Assembly: GCA_965248195.1 (NCBI GenBank)
Contig: CBDFIQ010000002.1
Location: 1,120,001 to 1,184,000, forward strand
From: Longimicrobiales bacterium
Lineage (GTDB): Bacteria > Gemmatimonadota > Gemmatimonadetes > Longimicrobiales > Gaopeijiaceae
DNA length: 64,000 nt
Reading direction: 5' to 3'
This document shows positions 9,860 through 19,826 of this stretch, one piece after another. The notes below the pieces were generated by a model. The model had not been told where the DNA came from, did no database searches, and saw only the letters and a list, made by a program, of their open reading frames with translations. A program made the translations under genes and the position numbers. The number at the start of each line of letters is the position of its first letter. Within the stretch, counting starts at the first letter, position 1.

Positions 9860-10178
9860 TCTGAGCTGAACACATATCAGACGACGGTGTGCGTGCGGGT
9901 GCGCCTCTCTCCCTGGTATCGTCGTTCTCCACCTCCGCCTGCTTCAGTAATTTCAGGGGCAGCGGGTGTCTCACTGACATCCGCAGAGAGGGCAAAAGGC
10001 GGTCAAGCTCGCCCAGGCGAAGCACCTCCGCTACAGTCCTTCCTTCTCGTCCTCCAAGAGCTGCTTGAGTTTCTCCAGGCGTTCTTTCGCAATCGCTTGT
10101 GCGGTTCCGCCCAACACAACCGGATAGATTGTACCTCTGATCTGACCCCCTGAAACGAGACCAGGTGCAATGTTAGGA

Positions 10179-11554
10179 GGTCAAGTCCCGATTTGTGTGT
10201 AAAAGCGGAGGAAGCTCCTCGCCTTCGGCTAGGCTGCTTGGGCGACCTCCTGTTTCTGGAGGAGTGAGAGGTCGAGGTAACGCCGGTCGCCCCAGACGTG
10301 TGTGGTCCTGAGTGCGACGGCCGTGATGAGCCTGAGGGCGCTGGCCCGGTCCGGGAAGGCGCCGGCGGCCTTGATCCTGCGTTTGATCTCGCCGTGCAGC
10401 CGCTCGAGGCTGTTGGTGGTACGCAGCCGGGGCCAGTGCGCCTCGGGGAACGCGTAGAACTGCGTCGCTGCCCCGAAGCCCCGCTCCAGGACCTCCACGG
10501 CCTCGGGCAGCTCCTTCTTCCAGCGTGCGCCGAACTCGCCCAGGAGCTTCTTCGCCTCGGCGAGTCCGGATGTCTGGAAGATCACCGAGACCTCACGCGC
10601 CACGCGCTTGCGTAGGCGGTGGGGGACCCTCGCCCCCACATTACGCTGCAGATGGACCGTACACCTCTGACGGCGTGCCTCGGGCAGGAAGCGGCGGACC
10701 GCAGCTGCCAGGCCTGCGTGCTCATCGGCGATCACGAGCTCGACACCGCCGAGGCCGCGGTCCTGGAGTTGCTCGAGGAGCTCCGACCAGCTCTGCTGCG
10801 ACTCCTCAGCGCCCAGCGTGACGGCCAGGAGCCGTCGGTGACCCTCAGGGCCCACTGCATACGCCACGAGCGCACTCACGTTCTCGACTTTGCGGGCCCA
10901 GCGGGCGTCCAAGAACGTGGCGTCCAGGTACAGATAGGGGTGAGGCCCCTCGATCGGCGCACGGCGCAGCCCTTCCACGGCCTCGTCGAGCCGTTTTGCC
11001 ACACGACTCACCGTCGAGCGCCCAACACGCTCGCCCATCAGCGCCTCGGTGACGTCGCCCATCTTGCGCTGTGACACGCCGCTCACATACGCCTCGACCA
11101 TCATCTCGTCGAGCTCGGGGCTCCTGCGCTGGTAGCGGCCGATCACGTCGGCCGGCGAACCGTTGTCCCGGCTCCGGGGCATGGCGACCTCGATCTGCCC
11201 CAGGCTCGTCAGCAGCCGCCTCAGGTATGTGCCGTTCCTATGGTCCTTCCGGCTTCCCACCCGCTCGAAGCGGCGTGCACCTACCATGGCCTTCAGCTCC
11301 TCTTCCAGCACCATCTCGAGCGTCAGCCGGATCGCGCCTTGAAACAGCTCGCGCAAATCATCGCGTAGCTCGTCTTGCGTGGCCCGACCGATCTCCACAA
11401 TCTCTTGCATCGGAAGCTCCTCTCCGGTTCCGAGCCTGCTCTGCAGACCCGGACTCCCGGGTTCATGTGACAGTGAACAACAACAGAGGAGCTTCCGTTT
11501 TTCTTTCCCTCCTGTCCAGCTTATCCGCTTTTACACAAATCTAGGGACACTACC
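10179..11554 (-). mobile_element. IS256-family element, copy 2 (1,376 bp)
   Basis: Reverse complement of copy 1, bounded by a 9-bp TSD. Confidence 0.97.
10229..11410 (-). CDS. IS256-family transposase
   Basis: Protein identical to 803..1984. Confidence 0.97.
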   Translation of the reverse strand: MQEIVEIGRATQDELRDDLRELFQGAIRLTLEMVLEEELKAMVGARRFERVGSRKDHRNGTYLRRLLTSLGQIEVAMPRSRDNGSPADVIGRYQRRSPELDEMMVEAYVSGVSQRKMGDVTEALMGERVGRSTVSRVAKRLDEAVEGLRRAPIEGPHPYLYLDATFLDARWARKVENVSALVAYAVGPEGHRRLLAVTLGAEESQQSWSELLEQLQDRGLGGVELVIADEHAGLAAAVRRFLPEARRQRCTVHLQRNVGARVPHRLRKRVAREVSVIFQTSGLAEAKKLLGEFGARWKKELPEAVEVLERGFGAATQFYAFPEAHWPRLRTTNSLERLHGEIKRRIKAAGAFPDRASALRLITAVALRTTHVWGDRRYLDLSLLQKQEVAQAA

Positions 11555-11600
11555 ATGTTAGGATCGACCTGGTCTGAAGCTTTTCAGCGAGGAGGTCAGG

Positions 11601-11879
11601 ATGGGAAGGAAGCGACACACTCCGGAGCAGATCATCACTGCACTGCGGGAGGCAGAGGTCGGTCTGGCCCGCGGCAAATCCGTGAAGCTGATCAGCCGGG
11701 AGCTCGGCATCACCGAGCAGACGTACTACCGGTGGAGGTGGGAGTACGGCGGGATGAGGGTGAGCCAGGCACGGCGCCTGAAGGAGCTCGAGCGCAAGAA
11801 CGGGCGCCTGAAGCGAGCAGTGGCGGACTTGACACTGGACAAGCTGATCTTGGAGGAAGCGGCCAAGGGAAACTTCTGA
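11601..11879 (+). CDS. IS3 OrfA (HTH)
   Basis: [13 protein letters not shown]...[13 protein letters not shown]...[29 protein letters not shown]. Confidence 0.92.
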   Translation: MGRKRHTPEQIITALREAEVGLARGKSVKLISRELGITEQTYYRWRWEYGGMRVSQARRLKELERKNGRLKRAVADLTLDKLILEEAAKGNF

Positions 11880-12763
11880 GCCCCGAGCGCCGACGGAGGT
11901 GCGTGGTGCATGTATGTCAGCGACTCGGGGCGAGTGAACGTCACGCGTGTCACGTACTGGGTCAGCCGCGCTCGACTCAGCGTCGGGTGAAGAAGGTGCG
12001 GGTCGACGAGTCGGCGCTACGCACGGACGTGATACGGTTGGCGAGCCGGTTCGGCAGGTACGGGTATCGACAGATCACGAACCTGCTACGCATCGAGGGC
12101 TGGGAGGTGAACCACAAGCGTGTGGAGCGGATCTGGAGGCAGGAGGGGCTGAAAGTGCCCAGACGGCAACCGAAACGGGGTCGGTTGTGGCTCAACGATG
12201 GCTCGTGCATCCGGCTCAGGCCACTGCATAAGAATCACGTGTGGTCCTACGACTTCGTGAGCACGCGGACCCATGACGGCCGAGCGCTGAAGCTCTTGAC
12301 CGTGCTCGACGAGTACACGCGGCGGTGTCTGGCGATCAGGGTCGGTCGAAGGACTCGATCCGATGATGTACTCGAGGTTCTCGCCGATCTCTTCGCTCGG
12401 CACGGTCCGCCCGAGCATCTACGCTCGGACAACGGGCCGGAGTTCACGGCGAAGTTGGTGCGCAGGTGGCTGGCCAGGTTGCGGGTCCAGACCCTCTACA
12501 TCGCGCCGGGCAGTCCATGGGAGAACGGCTACAACGAGAGCTTCAACGGCAAGCTGAGGAACGAGTTCTTGAACGGAGAGATCTTTTACACACTGCCCGA
12601 GGCCGTCGTACTCGTCGAGCAGTGGCGGCGGGTGTACAATACCGTTCGACCCCACAGCGCCTGCGGCGGTCTACCCCCCGCTCCGGAAGCATTGAAACCA
12701 TCACCTTGGTTCCTCAGAATGCCTCAGCTCCAGGGACCGCCAATGGCTTCAGGTCTAACATAG
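11867..12763 (+). CDS. IS3 OrfB (DDE integrase core), reached by -1 frameshift at GGGAAAC 11867-11873
   Basis: [49 protein letters not shown]. Confidence 0.92.
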   Translation, partial: GKLLSPERRRRCVVHVCQRLGASERHACHVLGQPRSTQRRVKKVRVDESALRTDVIRLASRFGRYGYRQITNLLRIEGWEVNHKRVERIWRQEGLKVPRRQPKRGRLWLNDGSCIRLRPLHKNHVWSYDFVSTRTHDGRALKLLTVLDEYTRRCLAIRVGRRTRSDDVLEVLADLFARHGPPEHLRSDNGPEFTAKLVRRWLARLRVQTLYIAPGSPWENGYNESFNGKLRNEFLNGEIFYTLPEAVVLVEQWRRVYNTVRPHSACGGLPPAPEALKPSPWFLRMPQLQGPPMASGLT

Positions 12764-12928
12764 CAAGTGGTACCGCAGGAGGGGGTACGTCAGCGGCCGG
12801 GCCCGTTGCTCACGTTAGAGCCTCTAGCCCCTCAGCGATAGCGTACTTGAGGGCCGTGCTGGAATTAGGCGTCATAGGATGTGAGTGCGGTCACCACTAA
12901 GCCCTAGTGCGATGCACCCCATCTGAGC

Positions 12929-13909
12929 TCAGGCCGCGGGCAGGCTCTCCACGAGGCGGATCATTCGTTCGAGCTGATCCCGTTGCGGAACGCGCCCACG
13001 TCCCGCGCCGAGGTTGTCAACCATGTGCTCGGGGTCGCTCGTCCCCGGACAGGCTGCAGTCACCGCCGGGTGCGCGATCACGAACTTGAGCATGAGCTGG
13101 GCCCAGGTGTGCGCGTCGAACTCGGCCGCCCAATCCGGGACCGGGCGGCCGCCGATCCGCGCCCACATCCTGCCCCGGCCGAATGGCAAGTAGACCAACA
13201 CGCCGATCTCGCGCTCGAGAGCGAGGGGGAAGATGACCTCTTCGGGCGTTCGGTTGTCGACCGCGTAATCGATGCCGATGAAGTCGATCGGTTCACTCCG
13301 CATGACGTCGACGAGCGCAGAATACTGGCCCTCGAAGGTGGTCGTGATGCCGATGTAGCGGATGTACCCCTCTGCCTTCAGCTCCTTCAGGAGGGCGAGC
13401 TGCGTCGGCGGATCGCCCATGTTGTGGACCTGGAAGAGGTCGATCTGCGGGAGGCGGAGTCGAAGGAAGGAGCGTCGGATCTGGTAGCGCGCCGCTGCCG
13501 GGTCGGCCGAGCCGCTGCCGCCGCCACTCAAGCGGGCAGCGTTCACCTTGGTTGCCCACCAGATGCGGTCGGCGATTCCGAGATCCTGCGCCACCTGACC
13601 TGAAACCTGCTCGCTGGCACCGTAGAGGTAGGCCGTGTCGAACACGGTGCCGCCCCCGTCGACGAGCGCCTGGAGGACCGCGCCGATCTTGTCGTACTCC
13701 TCGGTGCGGGACTCTCTGAGGGCCATCTCCGAGAAGGTGTTCGCGCTGCCCAGGCCGACAACGGGGAGCAGCTCACCAGTCTTGGGAATCGCGCGCTGGA
13801 TGAGTGGCTGACTCTGGAGCCCCTGGAGCGCCTCCAGAACCCTAGAATTCAGGCCGAGCGTGGCACCCGCGCCGGCGGCAATACGGAGCCAACCACGTCT
13901 CGATACCAT
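12929..13909 (-). CDS. Aldo/keto reductase with Tat-like signal peptide
   Basis: SRRGWL twin-arginine leader; VVGLGS, FDTAYLYG, ATKV, IDLFQVHN, PGTS..EHMVDN. Confidence 0.9.
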   Translation of the reverse strand: MVSRRGWLRIAAGAGATLGLNSRVLEALQGLQSQPLIQRAIPKTGELLPVVGLGSANTFSEMALRESRTEEYDKIGAVLQALVDGGGTVFDTAYLYGASEQVSGQVAQDLGIADRIWWATKVNAARLSGGGSGSADPAAARYQIRRSFLRLRLPQIDLFQVHNMGDPPTQLALLKELKAEGYIRYIGITTTFEGQYSALVDVMRSEPIDFIGIDYAVDNRTPEEVIFPLALEREIGVLVYLPFGRGRMWARIGGRPVPDWAAEFDAHTWAQLMLKFVIAHPAVTAACPGTSDPEHMVDNLGAGRGRVPQRDQLERMIRLVESLPAA

Positions 13910-13955
13910 GGTCCAGCCTCGAAGGGTTGGGGTCGGCCTACGCTCCTAAGATAAC

Positions 13956-14204
13956 TGACCTGACCCCCTGAAACGAGACCAGGTGCAATGTTAGGATCGA
14001 CCTGGTCTGAAGCTTTACAGCGAGGAGGTCAGGATGGGAAGGAAGCGAGACACTCCGGAGCAGATCATCACTGCACTGCGGGAGGCAGAGGTCGGTCTGG
14101 CCCGCGGCAAATCCGTGAAGCTGATCAGCCGGGAGCTCGGCATCACCGAGCAGACGTACTACCGGTGGAGGCGGGAGTACGGCGGGATGAAGGTGAGCCA
14201 GGCA
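13956..14204 (+). mobile_element. Second IS3 copy, truncated inside orfA
   Basis: Near-identical to the IRL, leader and orfA of the 10138 element; interrupted at 14205 by an IS256 left end. Confidence 0.9.
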
Positions 14205-14709
14205 GGTAGTGTCGCGATATTTGTGTAAAAGGGGGTGAGGGGTCCGGGGAGGGTGGACAGCCCGGGAAAGAGAGAGAGGAAGCTCCTTGTGAATGTTCAT
14301 CATCACACGAACCCGGGGAGTCCGGGCCTGCGTCAGCAGGTCCGGAACCGGAAAGGAGCTTCCTCAATGGAAAAGATGGTTGAAGTTGAGCGGGCCACGC
14401 AAGAAGAGTTACGGCAGGATTTGAAGTCGTTGTTTGAGGGCGCGATTCGTTTGACGCTCGACATGGTGCTGGAGGAGGAGTTGAAGGCGATGGTCGGAGC
14501 GCGTCGTTTCGAGCGGGTCGGCAGCCGGAAGGACCACAGGAACGGCACGTACCTCAGGCGCCTGCTCACGAGCTTGGGTCAGATCGACGTGATGGTGCCG
14601 CGCAGCCGGGAAGGCGGCTCGCCCGCCGACGTGATGGGCCGCTACCGGCGCAGGAGTGAAGAAGTGGACGAGATGATGGTGGAGGCCTACGTGAGCGGTG
14701 TGTCGCAGC
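14205..14709 (+). mobile_element. Divergent IS256 relative, left end and 5' transposase fragment (ATG 14367)
   Basis: GGTAGTGTCGCGATATTTGTGTAAAAG end; MEKMVEVERATQEELRQDL...EAYVSGVSQ homologous to the intact copies, then an abrupt break. Confidence 0.9.
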
Positions 14710-15770
14710 AAGAAATGCCCCTTCGGGCAGAAATCGCCGGGCAACAGATCGCGCCCGTTGATGTTCACGCCCCGGAACCCGCCTTTCAGCGTGGTCGCCT
14801 GACTGATCTGTCGGAGCCCCGAGAGCTGATCGCCGAGATCAATGATCATCCCCCGGGTCGTGTAGTAGAGATCAGGCATCTGCCCTCCGGCAGCCGCGAG
14901 TCGGTGCTCCATCACCGCGATCTTCTTCTCGGTGATCTGCCCGGATCCGGAGATGGCGATGCCAGCCCAGCGTCGGTTGCCCGCTGCGGTCTGGTCGATG
15001 TTCTCGAACGTGTCACCAGTCGCTGCAACCGCGAGAATGCCGGTCGCCTCGTTCTGGTAGTTGTTCGCCTGATCCGTGCCGGTCGCCGCGGCGTCGTTAC
15101 AGAGCACCAAGAAGTCGCCGATCTCGTCGTTGGCGAACGAGCCGTCGACGGTCATCTGCTCGTTATCGACGTCGACGGTGGAGATCGTTTGACGGCCGCG
15201 CTCCGCACCGCCTGATGGGTTGATCAGCGCGACCTCCATGCCCTCGATGAGCAGCATGGTCCCGGGCCCTGCGCCCGTGACGCCATAGGGACTGTGCACG
15301 TCGTAGGTCGGCGCCGAAGCCACCGTCTCGAGCAAGCACAAGATCCCGTCCCCGTCGCCGTTGTACTGGCGCTCGAGGTCGATTTTCACGCGCGTCATGC
15401 CGTCCTCGAGCTCGTCCTTCAGCTTGTCTACGAACGCGTTGCGCGTATCGGAGGTGAGAGGAATCGTCTGCCCGCCGATCGCCACGACCGTGTAGGTGTG
15501 GGCCAGGTCCGCCTTACCGGCGCGCCTGATCGGACGGGAGGGAGTCGGCAGCAACTTGCCGTCGGGCACGTTGGCCGTCTTGCCGCCGGTCTCGAGCTTC
15601 ACGTTGAAGTGGAGACCGTCCGGCCCGCCCTTGAACTTCGTCGTTCGATTGAGCTGGGCCGTGAGCGGCGTAGAGTCTGGCACAGCGTCGAGCGCCATCA
15701 GATACACCTGCTTGAACACTGAGCTGACCTCGCTCACCGAGCTGGTGGCGATATCCGCAAAATCAGTCAT
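14710..15770 (-). pseudogene. Phage major capsid protein, C-terminally truncated
   Basis: FKQVY, LPTPSR, AFVDKLKDELEDGMTRVKIDLERQYNGDGDGILC, TTLKGGFRGV..DFCPKG pattern typical of HK97-fold MCPs; directly downstream of a scaffold-like gene. Confidence 0.75.
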
Positions 15771-15809
15771 AACCCCTGTTCCCTGTGAGGGCGCAGGAGC
15801 AAATCAGCT

Positions 15810-16943
15810 TTAGGTCTGGCCCGTCTCCTTGAAGTCCTCGAAGACTCGATCGATCGCGCTCATGCGCTTCTCGAAATTCGTGTTGCCTTCGAGCTCTGCC
15901 TCGTCCACCGGTGCCTGACCGGACGGAGGCGTACCCGACCCTTGCATCGTTTGCCCTTTGCGCTGTTCGAGTTTCTTGTCGATGCGAGCGTTGTGCTGGG
16001 CGGCATCGGCCTTACTCGGGTCGGGGTCCGGACTCTCACCGTTCGGGCTCTCGGGTAGAGGAACGCGACCGGCAAAGTCGGCGTTCATCGTCTTGAGCAC
16101 GCGGGTGAGCGCATCTGAATGCTCCTCCGTTAGCCATCGCGCCGCTTCCGCGGCCGCGATCCCTTCTGCCTCCTCCTGACTCTGTCCTTTGGCGACGAGC
16201 TCCCTCGTGAGGATCTCGCGGTAGCTTTCGGACGTCTGGAAGAGAGCAGCCTGAATCCTCGGGATGTCGGTCTCGCGGAGCATCGGATAGTCCGCTTTGC
16301 CCTTCTCACTCCCGAGGAGATCCTTCGTGTCCTGCGCGTAGCTGGCGTACACGTCCTCCCAGGCCTTCTTCTCGTCGGCCTCGGCACGGGCGGCATCCGC
16401 CTCATCACGTTCCTTGAGCTCGTCCTTCGCTCGGGCGCCCTCACGGGCTTCCTTGCTCTCGAGCGGGCCGAGCGCTTCACGCATCTTCTCGGCCGCGTCT
16501 TCGTCGGTCGGAGCCGAAACGAGCAGCTCCTCCCACTCGATGGCCTTCTCTTTGGCCTCGCCCTCGAGCGCTGCGACACGAGACAGTGCCGTGGCTCGCT
16601 CGTTGCCGAGCTCAGTGAGACGCCGATCAGCGTGGACACCCTTCTGTGCGAGCCCCACGAGTCCAGACATCGACTCGACCTTCACTTCTTGGCCGTCGGC
16701 CTCCGAGACCCGCATTGCGTCCATGACCGCCAACGTCTGGCGTCGAGTGGCGATGATGCCCTCCATATTCAGGCTCGCCGTGATCCGATCTGGGAGAAGA
16801 CTGCTGCGGAGGCGCTCGCCCACGCTTTGTGTGAACGGCCGATGCTGGAGCAGACCCTCGTTGGCGGCGGTCACCTGGGTGAGCAGTTCGGCTGTAGTCC
16901 CGCTTACCTTAATCTCACGTGGATCCTGTAGTTCGACTGTCAT
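15810..16943 (-). CDS. In-frame chimera: Fic-family N-terminus (16943-~16703) plus phage scaffolding-protein C-terminus
   Basis: HRPFTQSVGERLRSSLLPDRITASLNMEG (Fic N-terminus with SxxxEG helix) followed by ADGQEVKV..LVGLAQKGVHADRRLTEL and a charged coiled coil; ATG 16943 has SD GAGGA. Confidence 0.6.
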   Translation of the reverse strand: MTVELQDPREIKVSGTTAELLTQVTAANEGLLQHRPFTQSVGERLRSSLLPDRITASLNMEGIIATRRQTLAVMDAMRVSEADGQEVKVESMSGLVGLAQKGVHADRRLTELGNERATALSRVAALEGEAKEKAIEWEELLVSAPTDEDAAEKMREALGPLESKEAREGARAKDELKERDEADAARAEADEKKAWEDVYASYAQDTKDLLGSEKGKADYPMLRETDIPRIQAALFQTSESYREILTRELVAKGQSQEEAEGIAAAEAARWLTEEHSDALTRVLKTMNADFAGRVPLPESPNGESPDPDPSKADAAQHNARIDKKLEQRKGQTMQGSGTPPSGQAPVDEAELEGNTNFEKRMSAIDRVFEDFKETGQT

Positions 16944-17168
16944 TTCCTCACGCTTCCCAGAGCCATTTGCAACACCCCTGCCCAGGAACCTCCTGGGGTT
17001 TCCCGAAGGATTTGCGAAACCGTTGACGCGTAATGTGCCGACCAAGTGTGGAGTTGGCGAGTCGGTCGCAAACCTCCACAGCAACACCGCGTCGGTCAGC
17101 CTCGGCCTCGCAGACCTCGGCCTCAAGTACGAAGGGGAGAGGCCGAAGCCCCTCCCCCGTCTTAAAAG

Positions 17169-17190
17169 TGTGCACGTTGATGTGCACGTT
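17169..17190 (+). repeat. Tandem 10-bp direct repeats TGTGCACGTT (integrase arm-type sites)
   Basis: 17169-17178 and 17181-17190, about 105 bp left of the att core. Confidence 0.65.
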
Positions 17191-17296
17191 AGCGTACTCT
17201 AACCCCGTGTGCGGGCAGAAAATCGTACTCGGGCCTAGTGGCCGTTTCCCTTATTTTACCCCGAAAACTGTGAAAGCCGGCACCTGCTCATCAGGC

Positions 17297-17338
17297 TTTA
17301 CACCCAGGAGGTCACAGGTTCGAATCCTGTACCGCCCA
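17297..17338 (+). other. 3' half of tRNA-Val(TAC): att-site duplication of an integrated element
   Basis: TTTACAC loop, CCAGG, AGGTC, ACAGG-TTCGAAT-CCTGT, ACCGCCCA; no D-arm or 5' acceptor strand upstream. Confidence 0.88.
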
Positions 17339-17398
17339 TTGAGATAAGGTAGGACGCAAACGGCTTTCCGGGCTTTGGGCTCGGGGGCCGTTTCGTTT

Positions 17399-17422
17399 TG
17401 TGTATGTTCACTGTGTATGTTC
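17399..17422 (+). repeat. Tandem 11-bp direct repeats TGTGTATGTTC (arm-type sites)
   Basis: 17399-17409 and 17412-17422, between the att core and the integrase relic. Confidence 0.65.
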
Positions 17423-17434
17423 GGACCGAACATC

Positions 17435-17614
17435 CTATTTCGCCTCCCTGAGTTCGCCGCGCTCCAGCACGACGCGGAGCATGGTGCCAGGATCGGCTTG
17501 CTGGTAGACGAGGCGAAGAGTGTTGGGGTTGGCCCACCCGCCAGCGGCGGCAACGTCAGCGTTGGAGAGATGCTTCCGTTCCGTGGCCCACTTCCTCCGG
17601 TAGGCGTGCCACAG
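17435..17614 (-). pseudogene. Tyrosine integrase C-terminal relic
   Basis: LWHAYRRKWATERKHL..DVAAAGGW..NTLRLVYQQAD contains the HxxR, W and catalytic Y positions; ends pointing at the att site. Confidence 0.8.
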
Positions 17615-17703
17615 GTGTGGAAAGTCACTGGAGATTATATCCCGCCGGCGGGACACGAGCGTCGACCCTGGTGGGAGGCTTGCCGGAGGCATAGACTGCC
17701 GAC

Positions 17704-19662
17704 ATGTCACGGATTGCACCGCTCTTGTTGGTGACGCTGTTGGCGCTCGCGGCGAGCCCGGTCGCCGGAGCGCAGACCGGGGAATGGCGCGCCTACAGCG
17801 CCGACGCTGCCGGCACCAAGTACGCTCCACTCGACCAGATTACGGCCGACAACGCCGGTGACCTGCGGGTCGTCTGGCGGCAGTCGACGATTCCCGACGC
17901 GATTCGGCAGGGCAGCACCGTGCGGGCCCCGGCGGTGGTGCAGAACACGCCACTGATGGCCGACGGCCGGCTGTATGTGAGCACGGCGCTTGGGACGGTG
18001 GCCGCGCTCGACGCGACCACCGGTGAGGTCGTCTGGTTCGATCCCCTACCCGACGGTGTGACACGCCGGGGAAGCTCGAGTCGTGGGGTCGCGTACTGGC
18101 GAGGACGGGATGGTGACGACGCGCGCGTCATCGCCGTCGTCGGGTCGACCCTGGTCGCGCTGAACGCGCGGACCGGTGCGCGGTACCCCGACTTCGGGGT
18201 CGACGGCGAAGTCGACCTCACACAGGGCTACGACATCCGCACTGTGACGGAGTTCGGCTGGCGGTCGGCGCCCCTGGTGGTCAACGACGTCGTGATCGTC
18301 GGCTCGGCCATCCCCGACATCATCAACGACGAGATGCTGGCTCGCAAGGAGATGCCGCCCGGCGACGTTCGGGGCTTCGATGTCCGTACAGGCGAGCAGC
18401 TCTGGATCTTCCACACCGTGCCTCAGGAGGGCGAGGTGGGCAACGAGACGTGGCTCACCAGGACGGACGAGGACCGGGCGTCGTGGGAGTACACCGGGAA
18501 CACGAACATGTGGGCCTGGCCGAGCGCCGACGAGGAACTGGGCTACGTGTACCTGCCGCTCTCGACACCGACCAACGACTATTACGGCGGACACCGGCCG
18601 GGTAACAACCTGTTCGCCGAGAGTCTGGTCTGTCTCGACGCCCGGACTGGCGAGCGCATCTGGCATTTCCAGGCGGTGCACCACGGGGTCTGGGACTACG
18701 ACTTTCCGGCAGCGCCCAACCTGGTCGACATCACGGTGGACGGTCGCGACATCAAGGCGATCGCTATCGTCAGCAAGCAGGGCTTCACCTACGTCTTCGA
18801 CCGAGTGACCGGGGAGCCGGTCTGGCCGATTGAGGAGCGTTCTGTGCCGGAGGGCAATGTGCCCGGAGAGTGGTACTCGCCCACCCAGCCGTTTCCCACC
18901 AAACCGCCGCCGTTCGAGCAGCAGGGGGTCACGGTTGACGATCTGATCGATTTCACACCGGCACTGCGCCGGGAGGCGGAGGAGATCCTGGCCGGGTATG
19001 TCTCGGGGCGACTCTTCACGCCGCCGACCCTCATCGATGAACGGCCCGGTGGCACCCGTGGCACGGTCCAGGCCCCAGGCCTGGTCGGAGGCGCCGACTG
19101 GACCGGCGCGGCCATTGACCCGGAGAGTGGCACGCTCTACGTGCCGACGGTCCGGACGCCGGTCGTGGTGGGGTTGACAAGATCGGAACACCCACGCTCG
19201 AACGTCGCCTTCGTGATGCAGTCACTCGACATCGCCGAGGGACCACAGGGGTTGCCGCTGCTCAAGCCGCCCTATGGCAGCCTCGTGGCCATTGACCTCA
19301 ACGCGGGCGAGATCCTCTGGCGCGTTGCGAACGGGGACGGTCCGCGGGACCATCCGGCGCTTCGCGACCTGGATCTGCCGCCGCTGGGGCAGGCGGCGCG
19401 GGTGTCTCCGCTGGTCACAAGCACCCTCGTGTTTCTCGGTGAAGGCGTCGACCGGGGAATGGTGCTGTTGCCGGAGGACGTGGGCGGCAAGCTGTTCAAG
19501 GCCTACGACAAGGCGACCGGTGCCGTCGTAGCCGAGGTCGAGCTGCCCGGCGGCGTGTCCGGGGCACCGATCTCCTATATGGCCAACGGTCGCCAGTACA
19601 TCGTCATGCCGATCGCCTGGAGCGACATGACCAGCGAGTGGGTGGCGCTGGCGCTACCCTGA
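17704..19662 (+). CDS. PQQ-dependent quinoprotein dehydrogenase (glucose/quinate dehydrogenase-like beta-propeller), secreted
   Basis: Signal peptide; TKYAPLDQIT, TPLMADGRLYV, GDVRGFDVRTG, YYGGHRPGNNLF, HHGVWDYD, PISYMANGRQYI. Confidence 0.9.
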   Translation: MSRIAPLLLVTLLALAASPVAGAQTGEWRAYSADAAGTKYAPLDQITADNAGDLRVVWRQSTIPDAIRQGSTVRAPAVVQNTPLMADGRLYVSTALGTVAALDATTGEVVWFDPLPDGVTRRGSSSRGVAYWRGRDGDDARVIAVVGSTLVALNARTGARYPDFGVDGEVDLTQGYDIRTVTEFGWRSAPLVVNDVVIVGSAIPDIINDEMLARKEMPPGDVRGFDVRTGEQLWIFHTVPQEGEVGNETWLTRTDEDRASWEYTGNTNMWAWPSADEELGYVYLPLSTPTNDYYGGHRPGNNLFAESLVCLDARTGERIWHFQAVHHGVWDYDFPAAPNLVDITVDGRDIKAIAIVSKQGFTYVFDRVTGEPVWPIEERSVPEGNVPGEWYSPTQPFPTKPPPFEQQGVTVDDLIDFTPALRREAEEILAGYVSGRLFTPPTLIDERPGGTRGTVQAPGLVGGADWTGAAIDPESGTLYVPTVRTPVVVGLTRSEHPRSNVAFVMQSLDIAEGPQGLPLLKPPYGSLVAIDLNAGEILWRVANGDGPRDHPALRDLDLPPLGQAARVSPLVTSTLVFLGEGVDRGMVLLPEDVGGKLFKAYDKATGAVVAEVELPGGVSGAPISYMANGRQYIVMPIAWSDMTSEWVALALP

Positions 19663-19826
19663 AAAAGCGCGTCAAGAAGGCAGAAGTCAGAAGCAGCTGG
19701 ACGGCTTCGCCAACTTCATCAGTTCTGGGACGTAGGGATAGGCATTTTAGGGCCCTTGTCTTCCAGGGGTGCGGCACCGCACTCCGACGCCAACTGCGCC
19801 ATGAGCTTCGGCCCGGGGAGATTCTT

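Larger units (their letters stand above)
10170..11563. repeat. 9-bp target-site duplication ATGTTAGGA flanking IS256 copy 2
   Basis: ATGTTAGGA at 10170-10178 and 11555-11563; single copy at the empty homologous site 13988-13996. Confidence 0.95.
10138..12792 (+). mobile_element. IS3-family element with IS256 inserted in its leader
   Basis: IRL TGATCTGACCCCCTGAAACGAGACCA; IRR TGGTACCGCAGGAGGGGGTACGTCA; orfA/orfB layout. Confidence 0.9.

Noticed and set aside
11529..11564. Hybrid promoter from the IS256 end (TTTACA) and the IS3 -10 (TAGGAT)
   Set aside because: Spacer is about 23 bp, too long for sigma70
11555..11866. N-terminal extension of the 402-aa IS3 ORF
   Set aside because: Overlaps orfA out of frame; OrfB is better explained by -1 frameshifting at GGGAAAC
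10138..14204. Composite transposon of two IS3 copies around the aldo-keto reductase
   Set aside because: Second copy is truncated, so the outer end and any flanking duplication cannot be tested
17260..17345. Complete tRNA-Val gene
   Set aside because: No 5' acceptor strand, D-arm or 5' anticodon stem; treated as an att fragment
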